DNA from: Tubulanus polymorphus
Lineage: Eukaryota > Animalia > Nemertea
Length of the DNA: 64,000 nucleotides
Direction of reading: 5' to 3'
Assembly: GCF_964204645.1 (NCBI RefSeq)
Contig: NC_134026.1
Coordinates: forward strand, 31,115,432-31,179,431
The first letter of the stretch is position 1. Each line of letters opens with the position of its first letter. The position numbers were made by a program, and so were the translations under genes. Of this stretch, positions 23,098-34,900 are shown piece after piece. Under the pieces are notes generated by a model. It was not told where the DNA came from, made no database searches, and saw nothing but the letters and a program-made list of their open reading frames with translations.

Positions 23098-26000
23098 GGG
23101 AAATCGATTCACTGTCATTCTTTATCGGGTTTGAGTTTATCATCGACGAAATGGTTCGCAGAAAATCCCGAATCAGGATTGCGTTCATTTATTATGCACG
23201 CAACATCACTAATCAAAGAGGTAAAAATGCATTTTTGTTGCCTTTTTAATGTTTTTCACTTTGTTTTGTTGAAACTTTAGAACTCTTTGATTTTAGAGTA
23301 AGAAAGTCATTATAGATGATGACACCACATTGAAAGTTCGTAAAGCATTTATTGACTTCATAAAGAAGAAGGTATTTAAGAGATTTTATGCCAATGATGA
23401 TAGTGAAAATTATGAAATCTGAAGTATATGTTGTCCATGATTTCAGTTGGATATAAGATGCAAGTTTTCGTGCATCAAATGCTTCCCAAAGTTCGGTACA
23501 GATCAACTATTATGGGCTAGAGAATTCAGGAGAGCCGAGATAGCAAACGAAAGCATTGAAAGAGTCCATATTACTATTGACGATGGCGTCTTAGACTCGT
23601 GGAAATATAACGATAGTCAATTACATTGTTTACCAGGTTAAACATACACATGATATTCAGAATCGTTTTGTAAAAAAAAATATTTCAATCCTTTTCAAAA
23701 TTCATCTGTTTGATATTTGTAGACTGTCCATCGAAAACCGAGGAAAACTTAGAGATTACAGAAATAAAGTTGCCTTTGATCTTTCATTCGTTTTATAAGG
23801 TCATCCATTCTCCTATTTGAATAACGAACTCATAGATCGTCATATGTCACGTACTAAGTATGTTTTGTTGTATGTTTACAGGCAGATAAACCATGTTTAT
23901 TAATTGAACGCGAATGTTTTATAAATACTGATGCTTCAAAACTTAAAAACATCATTTCTCATTGGTTGAATTTAAACCCTATAGGATGGATAGTAGTAAT
24001 TACTCCTTATTCACCAGGTATAGTATATATCTTGCACATTTTGAGATGAAATATAGTGGAAAATGTTATGCAGAATGAGTTTGTTTACGGTGCTATTTCA
24101 GGATCAAGTTTTCAATCACGTTTATCAAAACAGAATGAAGTTCTTAGACATTTTATCACGCAGGTAAATGAGGAAAGTGTTTGTCGATTCTTTCGATATT
24201 ATGAATTTTCAAATTGAATGAACGGTTGTTTTTTAAATACAGTTAGAAGTTCCGATTTATGAAGTGAGTTTAGATGAAGCAATCGGAAAGAGCTCATTTT
24301 TACAGCCTCCACAAAGTGGATTATTAGCATTCATTCATAGATTGTTCCTCATCAATTTACATCATAAGGTAATTAATAATTATCACACTATAGACTCCTT
24401 ACTAAATTCGGTGCATTTACTGAAAAGGTTCGCTTGTTAATTCACTACTGAACAAGGCAGGACCAATTGTATTTACAGTAGATATGTCCAGTAATTGTCA
24501 GTAATCATGATTTTCCTCTAATAGAGAATTGTTTATACTTCAGTACACGTTGCTTCTGTGTCAGTCTCCAAATCTCATCAAATGTGCAATAAATATTGGA
24601 ATGAAATACATGAAGGTAAAATAACGAAATGAAAATATTCCTGAACGTTCGAGAAAATTGCATTCACTCGATATTTTACCTGTTTCAGAATGAAAAAGTG
24701 TTAAAAGACCCTAAACTGGTATGTCTTGAAATAGAAAGCTCAATTTCAGTCACTGGATTCGAGAAATGGGTCATAGTTTTCACAATTAATGTTACAGATA
24801 GTGTGCAATCAGGCATTTAATAAACCTGCAATACCCGAGATGTTGTCAAGCATAGAAACTAAATGGATGTTGGATACAGAGCCAGATTTAACTATACCTC
24901 TACAACATCTAAACAGACGGCAAACTGAAAACAACTGGCTTCATATCCACCACGATGTTGGACACGGGATTTCTGTGCATCTATTCTGCAAAGATGAAAT
25001 GACGTTAGGAAGGTATGATGAAATTTCTCGTCAAGTTCAGATCACCAGCATTGAACACGAAATAAGATTTAGATTGAATATTTTTTCTGATCTGATGCAG
25101 ATTCACTGAGAAGCACATCGAAACGAGTACTCCAATACATGAATCAGGAAGTAGACTAGTACCAGACACAGCCGACCGAGTGGAGTTTCTCAACCCGACT
25201 TTTGATCAAGATGAAAGTATTCTAGAAACGACGACATCTGAACAACGTCCCCGTGAAAACAGATCAATAGAATCATCGAAACCTAAGACAGTTGTTTTAT
25301 CATCACCTAATAAACGTCAATTACCGGCTTGGATGAATACATCGCCTAAAAAACATAAATATGTCAAACGGTAAATATAGGTCCCACACCTGAAGAGTAA
25401 AACTTCAAGGTCTCTTTTTTCTTGCTGGTGACAAATGGCACGAGAAACTCCTTCAGAAGAAACAGAGGGAATTGTGGTTCCCTGATTTTTATGAATCCAG
25501 CACAGTCATGATTAGGTGCAATGAGGGTGGATTCTAAAATGCATGAATGTTACACAAGGTTTTGATGAATCTTTGATTCAATTGTTTTCATATGGATTTA
25601 TTTTTTTAGAGGAGTTATAACAACTAAATATATCCTGACTCCTGATGAACTTGTACAAGTTGCTAAACAAGTATTGGACCAGGTAAACACTGAATTAATG
25701 TTCAAATAATCAATGAATGTTTTTATTTTGATTTGTTGTTGATATTTGTTTTAGGAAAATAGTGATGAGGAAATGACGGAAATGCAGCAGCCTGTTACAG
25801 ATGCACCAGATCAGCAGCAGCCTGTTAAAGATGCAATGGATCAGCAGCTCCCTGTTACAGGTGCAATGGATCAACAGCTACCTGTTACAGGTGCAATGGA
25901 TCAGCAGCAGCCTGTTAAAGATGCAATGGATCAGCAGCTCCCTGTTACAGGTGCAATGGATCAGCAGCTACCTGTTACAGGTGCAATGGATCAGCAGCTA

Positions 26001-26354
26001 CCTGTTACAGGTGCAATGGATCAGCAGCTCCCTGTTACAGGTGCAATGGATCAGCAGCTACCTGTTACAGGTGCAATGGATCAGCAGCTACCTGTTACAG
26101 GTGCAATGGATCAGCAGCTACCTGTTAGAGGTGCAATGGATCAGCAGCTACCTGTTACAGGTGCAATGGATCAGCAGCTACATGTTACAGGTGCAATGGA
26201 TCAGCAGCTACCTGTTACAGATGCACCAGATCTAGCAAACAGCAGTAAACATAGACTTGAAGAAGATAAGACGGATCAAAACCAGAAACTGAATCCAATC
26301 TCGAATAATGTAAAGAAACAAACTGAAATCGATTTGTCATTTTTAGATTTTTGA
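23098..26354 (+). CDS. Uncharacterised conserved-looking protein with a C-terminal Ku-binding-motif-like peptide (..SPNKRQLPAWM..) and a terminal DQQLPVTGAM decapeptide repeat. Multi-exon; the N-terminal exon or exons are not resolved.
   Basis: Exons 23098-23220, 23447-23636, 23886-24017, 24102-24163, 24243-24368, 24544-24615, 24689-24718 (30-nt micro-exon), 24798-25012 (contains 'NNWLHIHHDVGHGISVHLF'), 25101-25370 (ends '..SSPNKRQLPAWMNTSPKKHKYVK'), 25610-25682, 25755-26354 (stop TGA). All junctions are GT-AG and keep one continuous frame. A candidate first exon is ~22905-23004 ('MAYESVRSLFWIYVW..'). It shares a ~250-530 bp divergent promoter with BCCIP. I recognise no confident named homolog. 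Confidence 0.6.
25790..26225 (+). repeat. In-frame coding 30-bp minisatellite (~14 units) encoding (D/Q)QQLPVTGAM
   Basis: Unit 'gatcagcagctacctgttacaggtgcaatg' with synonymous variants ctc/cta and point substitutions (T>K, P>H, T>R). The alternative-frame ORF 25801..26235 is an artefact. Confidence 0.9.
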
Positions 26355-26446
26355 TCTTTTTATTGCGATTTTTATATTTTAATAAAATATACACAGGAAA
26401 GTTTTAAATGCAAGTTTTGGTAAATTGAATGAGGGTTGAATCGAGG

Positions 26447-28436
26447 TTAGAATGATTGAACAGATTTTAAACAGCGATCTTTGAAAAACACATGATTCTT
26501 AGCTTTGATTTGTTTGGCGACTGATTTGAAGAAAGACGTCAGGGCTGGAGTGTTTTTCGGTCTTTTTTTCATTGGTTCATCATCATCTTCATCATCCCTG
26601 AAACATTAGAGACATCATCACTATAATCATCTATACTGGAATTGATGTTTTGACAAATATTGAATTAGTCCAATTTGCTGAGACGAGCATCATGTTGATA
26701 ACAAATCAAAATGATCTACATCGATGGTAAAATAAATTAGAAATTGGGACTTCAAAAAGAGATGACTTCAGAAATTTGACTGAGTTTGACTCGTGAACAT
26801 ACCAATGAACAGGAACACATTTCTTCTCTATTGCGGAGTATGCTGTAGACCAACTTATACGCACAAAATGTGGAAAACCAAATACTGGATCAATACTGTC
26901 GACCATGAACTTCTTAGTTTGTGGATCTGGAAGGAGAAAAATTTATACTGACGAAATATCAACTTAAAATCAGCATCAAATTAATAGATTTTGAAGAAGG
27001 GGACATTCATTCCTAAAGATGGATGTATTTTAGGCATTATTTACAAAGAAAAGATGGTCAAATTTCGTCCCCTCTTCTTTAAACACGTATATGTACTTTA
27101 TAAATGGGAATTTAAACAGTACCTGCAGGATAACCCGAACCAAAACCACCTTCTGGAACTTTGATCTTTTCACCCTCAGTAAATTCCCATGATTTGGTGG
27201 CCCTATCTCTCGCTACCTAGAAATAAATGTTTGTAATAATCAAAAATACGATCGTCATAAACTATAGGAAATAATATCGAAATATAACTTACTTTAGCAC
27301 AAATACTGGCAGCACTGACTATAGGGTAGATACTATCAGCCTTTTTAGCTACTGTGATATTCAAATTTGGGAATATTTTCGATAGTTTCTCCTGATATTT
27401 CTCGGGAGGTCCAACTGTATCTACATAAACCTATAACGTAACAGATAATCTATCACTGAGTTCTCAGTGTAACATCTAATGTAATATCTAATGTAATACC
27501 TAGTTAAATATCTAGTGTAAAATATCTAGTGTAAAATATCTAATGTAACATCTTGTGTAATATCTAATGTAATACCTAGTTAAATATCTAGTATAATATC
27601 TAATGTAAAATACCTAGTGTAATATCTAATGTAATATCTAATATAATGACTGGTGTAATGTCTAGTGTAATACCTAGTGTAATATCTAATGTAATGGCTG
27701 GTGTAATATCTAGTGTAATACCTCAGTTAGATTGACACCTCTTTCAATGGACCTCTGTATGAGACCAATAGCTGTATCATGAGATATCGCATTCAGATTA
27801 TATTTCGCTCTGGAAAATAAATAAGAAATAGAGAAAATAGAGACGACTTCTTGAGTTTGAATGTGGAAACTTTGTAAATCTGACAACCTTTTCAGCATAC
27901 TAGTTGATATATAGTGAGGTGAGAGTATATCAACTGTCCAACCAATCATTTCTTCTGCTTCTTCTAATTTTGTAAATAATTCTTCGCGTTGTTCTTCAGT
28001 CAAAGTCTTTGAATCTGTTATAATGAAAATATATCGAATATTGCTATTTCAATTCGAATTCGGTCAAACTTGTGACACCTATCAACATCATATATTCTAC
28101 TCACCCGCAAAACCAATTTCTTTTAATTTGTCGTTGCTTGCAACTGGGCAATATGATATTCCATACACCATCGGGCCTAAAATCAAAATCATACATCATT
28201 AATATAGCGTCCGGCGTTATAGGACCCGAACATCGACAAACTTTCCACCAGCTGGTGCTGCCATCGGGCGGTATTAACGAAAATTAAACATATATATTTG
28301 CTTATTTACCTAAAACTGGACCCCTTCCAGCTTCATCAATACCCAGACAACACGGTTCAACCTTACATATCTCCGGAACATCACATTCTAATTTGAGATT
28401 TTGAGTATTATTATCCGTGAAACGTTTTATATCCAT
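26447..28436 (-). CDS. RNASEH2A: Ribonuclease H2 catalytic subunit A; 8 coding exons
   Basis: Exons (- strand) 28310-28436 ('[20 protein letters not shown]', matching human '[14 protein letters not shown]'), 28105-28176 ('[11 protein letters not shown]'), 27888-28014 ('[38 protein letters not shown]', matching 'DSKTLLESERERLFAKMED..VGWALDVLSPNLISTSMLG'), 27722-27809 ('[18 protein letters not shown]', matching 'VKYNLNSLSHDTATGLIQ'), 27293-27430, 27123-27216 ('[18 protein letters not shown]'), 26803-26926 ('[17 protein letters not shown]', matching 'EPVFGFPQFVRFSWRTA'), 26447-26597 ('..[15 protein letters not shown]'). The stop lies only ~93 bp from the stop of the convergent upstream gene. Confidence 0.93.
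27430..27720. repeat. Degenerate AT-rich tandem repeat (14-28-bp subunits 'taatgtaatatctaatgtaata(c)ctagt') inside an RNASEH2A intron
   Basis: Direct visual periodicity. Confidence 0.85.
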
Positions 28437-28901
28437 CTTCATTCGGAGGAAAGTCCAATAAAATTCAATTCAATTCAAACCGGAAGCAGGAAGTGTTCAA
28501 CTGGTTGAACTAAAAACCGAAACGAAACTACATTGAATACTATTTTCTGGAAAATTTCTGAAGAAAATAATTTGAAGATGAATCCAGGTAAATCCAGGAG
28601 TGTCGGTATATAGTGATCCCTGCGGGAGGGAGGGGCTGCTGCAGCTGGTGGGGCGAGAAGAGAGAACTCAGTCTCTTATCCATATCTTCCCCTACCCCCT
28701 AACTAAATAACTAAAACCCTTACCTTTATTATTGCCTTGGCTTTTGTGTTTTCTTATTCATTTAGATTCAGGCTAGTTACCCCCTAAATTGCAGTTGAGT
28801 TATACACCCGCTAAAAAAGTGACCCCTTTTTATCTGATCCTTACCCCCTAAACTGCAATTTAACCAACAACCAGTTGAGCAGTTTTCAATATATATACTC
28901 G
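28437..28901. promoter_or_regulatory. Bidirectional promoter interval between RNASEH2A (-) and VPS51 (+)
   Basis: 465 bp separates the two ATGs. A G/C-rich patch lies at 28615-28660. The 17-20-mer 'TACCCCCTAAA(T/C)TGCA(G/A)TT' occurs twice, at ~28781-28800 and ~28843-28862. Confidence 0.55.
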
Positions 28902-31900
28902 ATGTCTAATTTTGCCGCAGGTGAAGATGAAGACAGTCAGAGTAAACGACGTAAACATGGAATGCTTAAGATGTATTACGGAATAGCAGACGATCAGAGC
29001 GGAGCGTCTGCTTCTATTGATCCGTGCGATATTAACGGAGCTCATTTCAAAGCTGATATATTCTTGAATAAACTCCTCCGCGAGAAGAGTCTCGCTGAGT
29101 TAATGGATAAAGAGTCTGAGATGGTTAAGAATATTAAATCCCTAGACAGTGATATGCAGACATTGGTTTATGAGAATTACAACAAGTTTATCAGTGCTAC
29201 TGATACTATTAGAAAGGTCAGGTTACAGATTATTCACGGGCTTTGACGCAACCTTGTTTATCCCCAGGGACGAGTTCCATAGTCATGACTTAGACTTTAG
29301 GTCTAAGACCAGACTAAACTCATTTTGTTTCTATAACCAATCTAACAACTAAGACCAGTAGTCAAGATTTGAGATCATTTTTTGGACTTTTTAAGTCTCA
29401 ACTATGGAACTGTCACCTGTATCCTAGTAAGACAATTACTTGGATATTTGGGGTAAACAAGTTTGTGTCAGGACCTTTTGCATACTCCAAATGCTTTTTA
29501 TCCAAATGGCTTTTATTAAAGTCTTCTTGCCGTTATAGATGAAGAATGATTTTAAGAAGATGGAAGATGAAATGGATCGTTTAGCTACGAATATGGAATC
29601 AATAACAGAATTCAGCGGTCGAATTAGTACAACATTACAGGATCGTAGACAACAGATCACTAAACTAGCCGGAGTTCATATACTACTTAAAAAGGTTCAA
29701 TTTAACAATCTGAAGCACGTCTCTAAATGTTTTTCTTACACGTTTTTGTAAATGTTTCTTTCTCTGATTTCAGCTTCAATTCCTATTTGAATTACCAGCG
29801 CGTCTTAAAAAGTGTATTGAAATGAAAGCTTACAGTCAGGCAGTGCGGTATGATATCTACTTGTATATTACCTACTGCCGTATTACCGGTATTACTGTAT
29901 TGTATTCTGATTTCTATCGTATTTTCCAGATATTACACGAAAGCTCAGAAAGTTTTATGTCACTATCAGGACATGCCTTCATTTCACGGTATACAACAAG
30001 ACTGTAATGAAATTGTCAAAGAACTGCGATCGAAATTGAAAGAGAAATTCCGCGATAAAGAGGTGGTGTTTTACCCTTGGAAAATTCTAGTATTTCGCTT
30101 TCTATCAGTATTGTAAACATGGATATTTTATCTGATCATTTTTCAGTCAACTCCGAAAGAATTAGCTGAATGTGTCGATTTGTTGCTACAATTGAATGAA
30201 CCAGCTGAAGAACTATGTGAGGAATTCTTATCTCAGTAAGTGTGTTAGTTAACAGCCAATTAACCAGCCAGCTTACTTCATAAACTATTCAACCAGCCAG
30301 CTAACTGCACAAACCAGTCCGTCAGCCAACCATCTAGCGAGGTGACCACCAAACCAGTTGACCAGCCAGACATCCATCTTTTTATTTTTCAGTGCTCAGC
30401 AGAAAATAGATGAAGATCTTCAGAAGTTGGAGTATCAGTTAAAATTACAATCAGGAGAAATAGAACCAAAAACTACAACTGAAGTTGAACGTCCTTCAGA
30501 TGTTTATCTAGACGTCAATTTACCGGTGGTAAGATCAATATTCATTTCGTTTATGATTAGAATGAAAAATATTCACAAGAATTTTACAAAATCATCGAAG
30601 CAACTTTTCTGCCTATTTCAGAAAGAGCAGCCAGTGGTGTGTTTTATATTGTATTTATTGGGCATGATTCATAGAAAGTAACAAATAACGTCACCCTTTT
30701 AGATAAAGAATATTCCTCGTATTATTTAATAGTGTAAAACTCAGGATTCAGTTCCACAGTTTGCTGGTTAAGATTCAACCTTGAGTTATGATTAGTTCAT
30801 AACCGATGTTTTAACTCTATTGAGTCTAAAATCTAGAACAGGTAAAACTGTAGAACCGAGTCCTGGGTAAAACTAGTTACTAATTGTGTTTGTAGATGTT
30901 TAACTTTGTGAGTTAAAGATGGTGGAAATTATACTTAATCATTGCACGATTTAGAATTGTTCCAGAAAATGCATGTCACACCTTGTTTTGATCATTTTAA
31001 ATGTAGTTTAGTTAAAAATTTTAGATATGATACATTAATTTTACATAGAAATCCAACAAAAATTAACCATTAACCAATTCATAGTTATATTCATACTTTC
31101 ACTTATTACTAATACATGTGTTATTTTTATGTGCACAGCTTTAAAATGTTCACCTTTTTCTGTGTGTGATGATTCATCTTTTGGGCCCATTTGCTGCCAG
31201 GACCCAGTTCACAAACTTGTCCGGTTAAATTTGACTCCAAAATTAGAATTCATTCTCGATGTTTTATCTCTGGAGTCAAATTCTAACCGTGGAACTGCAT
31301 CCATGTTGATAGATACCACAGTAACAGTTTTAATTGTTAAGTCAGTTATCCACTTATTTACTCTAGCCTACTTTTAGGACAACTAAACCTCTGAAGGTTC
31401 AATAGAAATTGCTCTAACGATTCTATTTTAGAACTGTTTAAAATGTTTTACTTCATTGTAGTTGATTTTAACAAGAATTTTCTTTCTGAAATGCTGTAGG
31501 ATATTTTGGAGTTTATTGATATCGGTTGTAATGGTTTTCTCAGTAACGTGTGTCTGGTGATTGCTGTTTACAATGATATGTTCCTCAAAGGAGAAAGGTA
31601 TGAAATCAATCTCTCCGATCCTCCCCTCCCCCCTCCCCAGTCCTACGAATAGTCAGTGAATATTGAGATGATGTCTATTTATGTTACAGTGAATCTTTTG
31701 ATGGCATCGCTTTGAAGAAATTAGTTATATTTATAAATGGATTGATGGAAAGATATTTCTCTTTTGTGGAAAGACGAGTTCAACTTGAGGTAAGATTAAT
31801 TTCTATCAACTGCTAGGACACAGGGCTCTTATAGATCAGCAGAAAAAATCGGGGAATTCCAAATCTGATTTTCCCTGCATCAAAAATCTGAGAATTGACC

Positions 31901-34900
31901 ATCGACCCATCGCCTTTTGGGCCGACCACGCTTTCTGGCTCCTTCAGGGATGCCCTGGAAAATGGTATTGGCCATTAACCCTTGGGCTCTCATCATGTGG
32001 CCAGACCAGAACATCTTCTTTGGTTTGAAAACAACTAGCTGATTAGACTGCCTCTTGAGTCTAGACCTGTTGAAATCTATCCTGATTGCAAGTAGCAGTT
32101 TTATTTATTTGTTTGTTTATTTCACAGAAAGCGACAGGTGATAATACGATTCTAGTTCGAGCTTTAGATCGATTTCACAGACGTCTTCAAGCGATGAATA
32201 AATTGCTACCGGATACGGATTTCTCTCGAGCTGGGATGGATATTGTACGGAGAGCCACTCGCGACCGCGTCGAACATTATCTTCAATCCTGTCGACAAAA
32301 CTTTTCTGGTGCGTTATTCACATCACGTCAATGTTACATATGTCAAAGAAAAAGGGTACATTGTCAAAAACAATAGATAGATAATGTCAGAAAAGGATAT
32401 TTTCTGTAGAAAAATGCAGAATTTTGTTTAAAATTCTGTAAACAAATCTAATTTTTCCTGCTGAAAGCTACTGCCACAAGAATTAAGTTTTCTAAGTGAT
32501 TTGTGGTAGAAGATTTGATAAGACACTCAGATCTTACCCTCGGGTTTTCATTTCTACTCGCTATGATTCATTATTGAATAATCATTTGTAGATTGTTTGA
32601 CTGACATCAGACAAACTCTCGCCGCGCCTCGACTTGTAGCTAAAAACGAAGGTTTATCCGGTCTGGCGGAATTATTGAATATGACCATCAGTTCAGTTGT
32701 CGATCAAGTGAAATCAGTTTTAGTAAATCTTCAAGCGTTTATAGCGTCTGATATCACGTTCGCGATGAAGTCATATTTTCGAGGTCCGTTTTGCACGGAG
32801 GATGTAAGAGAAGGTCTCGTTGTCAGCTTTATAAAACACATTCTACAAGTATGTAAGGTAAGGTCTATAACCGTTGATGAAGTTCATCTTGTAATGATAT
32901 AAGATCAGGGTCCGATCTAAGCACTTGTCCGATTGCCCGGGACAAGTATATTCTCATCAGGGCAAGTAAGTTATCATTATTACTTGTCCGCTGGGCTAGT
33001 GCAATTTCATTTCACATAACTTTTTTCCCACTCGATACAACGGATGATAGTGCCACCAATCAGACTGCCTGTGTAGGGCAAGTAGCTTTTGGAGGGGGCA
33101 AGCGAAATTTCAGATATGCTTGCCCCCGGGCAAGTGGCTTTCATTCCTTAGATCGGACCCTGAAGATGCAACACAGTTCCTCTGTTATCAGTCTATTGAT
33201 TTTCTCTGTTGATTTATTACAGGAATTTTGTCAAGGAACCGCTGATAAGGGTTCAGCTGCTCCTGCTTTACTATTGATTTTATCGCGGTTGTGTCAAGAT
33301 TTAGAATCATCCACCATACATTACCTTGTAAGTACCTCCATCTGTTTTTGATTGGACTCCACAGATTCGGGAATTATCTCCTGGCTCAGAATACACTCTA
33401 CCTATTCCAGAATAGTATAATCTGTATGTAAACACGTAAACAACCAGGGCCCAGTTGCATAGTCAAGGCTTAGACTTAAGACCCGTCTAAGACCAACTTA
33501 GTTCTATAGCTAATCTATTAACTTAAGACCAGTCTTAAGATTTAAGACCACTTTTGGACTCAAGTCATGACTGTGCAACTGGCCCCAGGGGCTGGTTGCA
33601 TAGTCATGGCTTAGACTTAAGACCCGTCTAAGACCAACTTAGTTCTATAGCTAATCTAACAATTTAAGACCAGTCTTAAGATTTAAGACCACTTTTGGAC
33701 TCAAGTCATGACTACGCAACTGGCCCCAGGGGCCGGTTGCATAGTCATGGCTTAGACTTAAGACCCGTCTAAGACCAACTTAGTTCTATAGCCAATCTAA
33801 CAACTTAAGACCAGTCTTAAGATTTAAGACCACTTTTGGACTTAAGTCATGACTGTGCAACTGGCCCCAGGGGCTGGTTGCACAGTCATGGCTTAGACTT
33901 AAGACCAGTCTAAGACCAATTTAGTTCTATAGCCAATCTAACAACTTAAGACCATTCTTAAGATTTAAGACCACTTTTGGACTTAAGTCATGACTGTGCA
34001 ACTGGCCCCAGGGGCTGGTTGCATAGTCATGGCTTAGACTTAAGACCCGTCTAAGACCAACTTAGTTCTATAGCTAATCTAACAACTTAAGACCAGTCTT
34101 AAGATTTAAGACCACTTTTGGACTTAAGTCACGACTGCGCAACTGGCCCCAGAAGCTACTAGTGGTAGTAGAGAGATTGACATTGGTCTCTTGGTCTCTA
34201 CGAATTCGGGAATTTTCTTCTAGTGTGCTCGTTCGACCAACATACGCTCTACCTATTCCGGGATAGCATAATCTCTCAATCTGATAGAGAAGCCGGTAGA
34301 GAGTTTTGTAGGTTTTGATTGGTCTCTACCTACGTTCTCTTTGAATGGTCTCAGTCGCATCTGTCTCGACCAGAATATACTCAACCTATTCCAGAATAGC
34401 TGAAAGAGAAACAGCCAGTAGGGAGTAGAAGGATAACCACACTCAAACGTGGTGAACGGATAACAAGATAAAAAACCCGCTACTCTACAGACACCTGACG
34501 ATGATCTCTAGGGTGAGATCGAAACGTCGTGTATTTTATATATTTCAGATTGTTCGAATAAATAAATTCTTGTTTTTAAATTCTTTTAATCTGTAGATAG
34601 TGGGTTTTTATCTTATTAGCCAGTAGAGAGTCTGTAATCTGGAAATGCTATTCTTAAACTGGAATACGTTCAATCAAAACCTGCTTAAATTATTATATGT
34701 TCAATGATGAATTCTGAGTTAAATTCTCCTCTGATTTTATCTTTATTTATTTACAGTTGACTTTGACAGAAGAATTGTTCTCGTGTATGACCGATCATAA
34801 ATTCAACGTAACGCCTTTAATTGATTTGACGAACGATGCTAAAGGAACTGCTCAATTATTACTGGATCATTACGTTCATATTCAAGGATTTACAATCTCA

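Noticed and set aside
25801-26235. 144-aa alternative-frame ORF (W/S/L-rich) overlapping the DQQLPVTGAM repeat
   Set aside because: It is an off-frame reading of the coding minisatellite. The in-frame reading is continuous with the upstream exons.
26447-26597. C-terminal 'ALTSFFK' PIP-box-like motif in RNASEH2A as a possible novelty
   Set aside because: Human RNASEH2A has a similar C-terminal '..KITSYFL' motif, so this is conserved rather than new.
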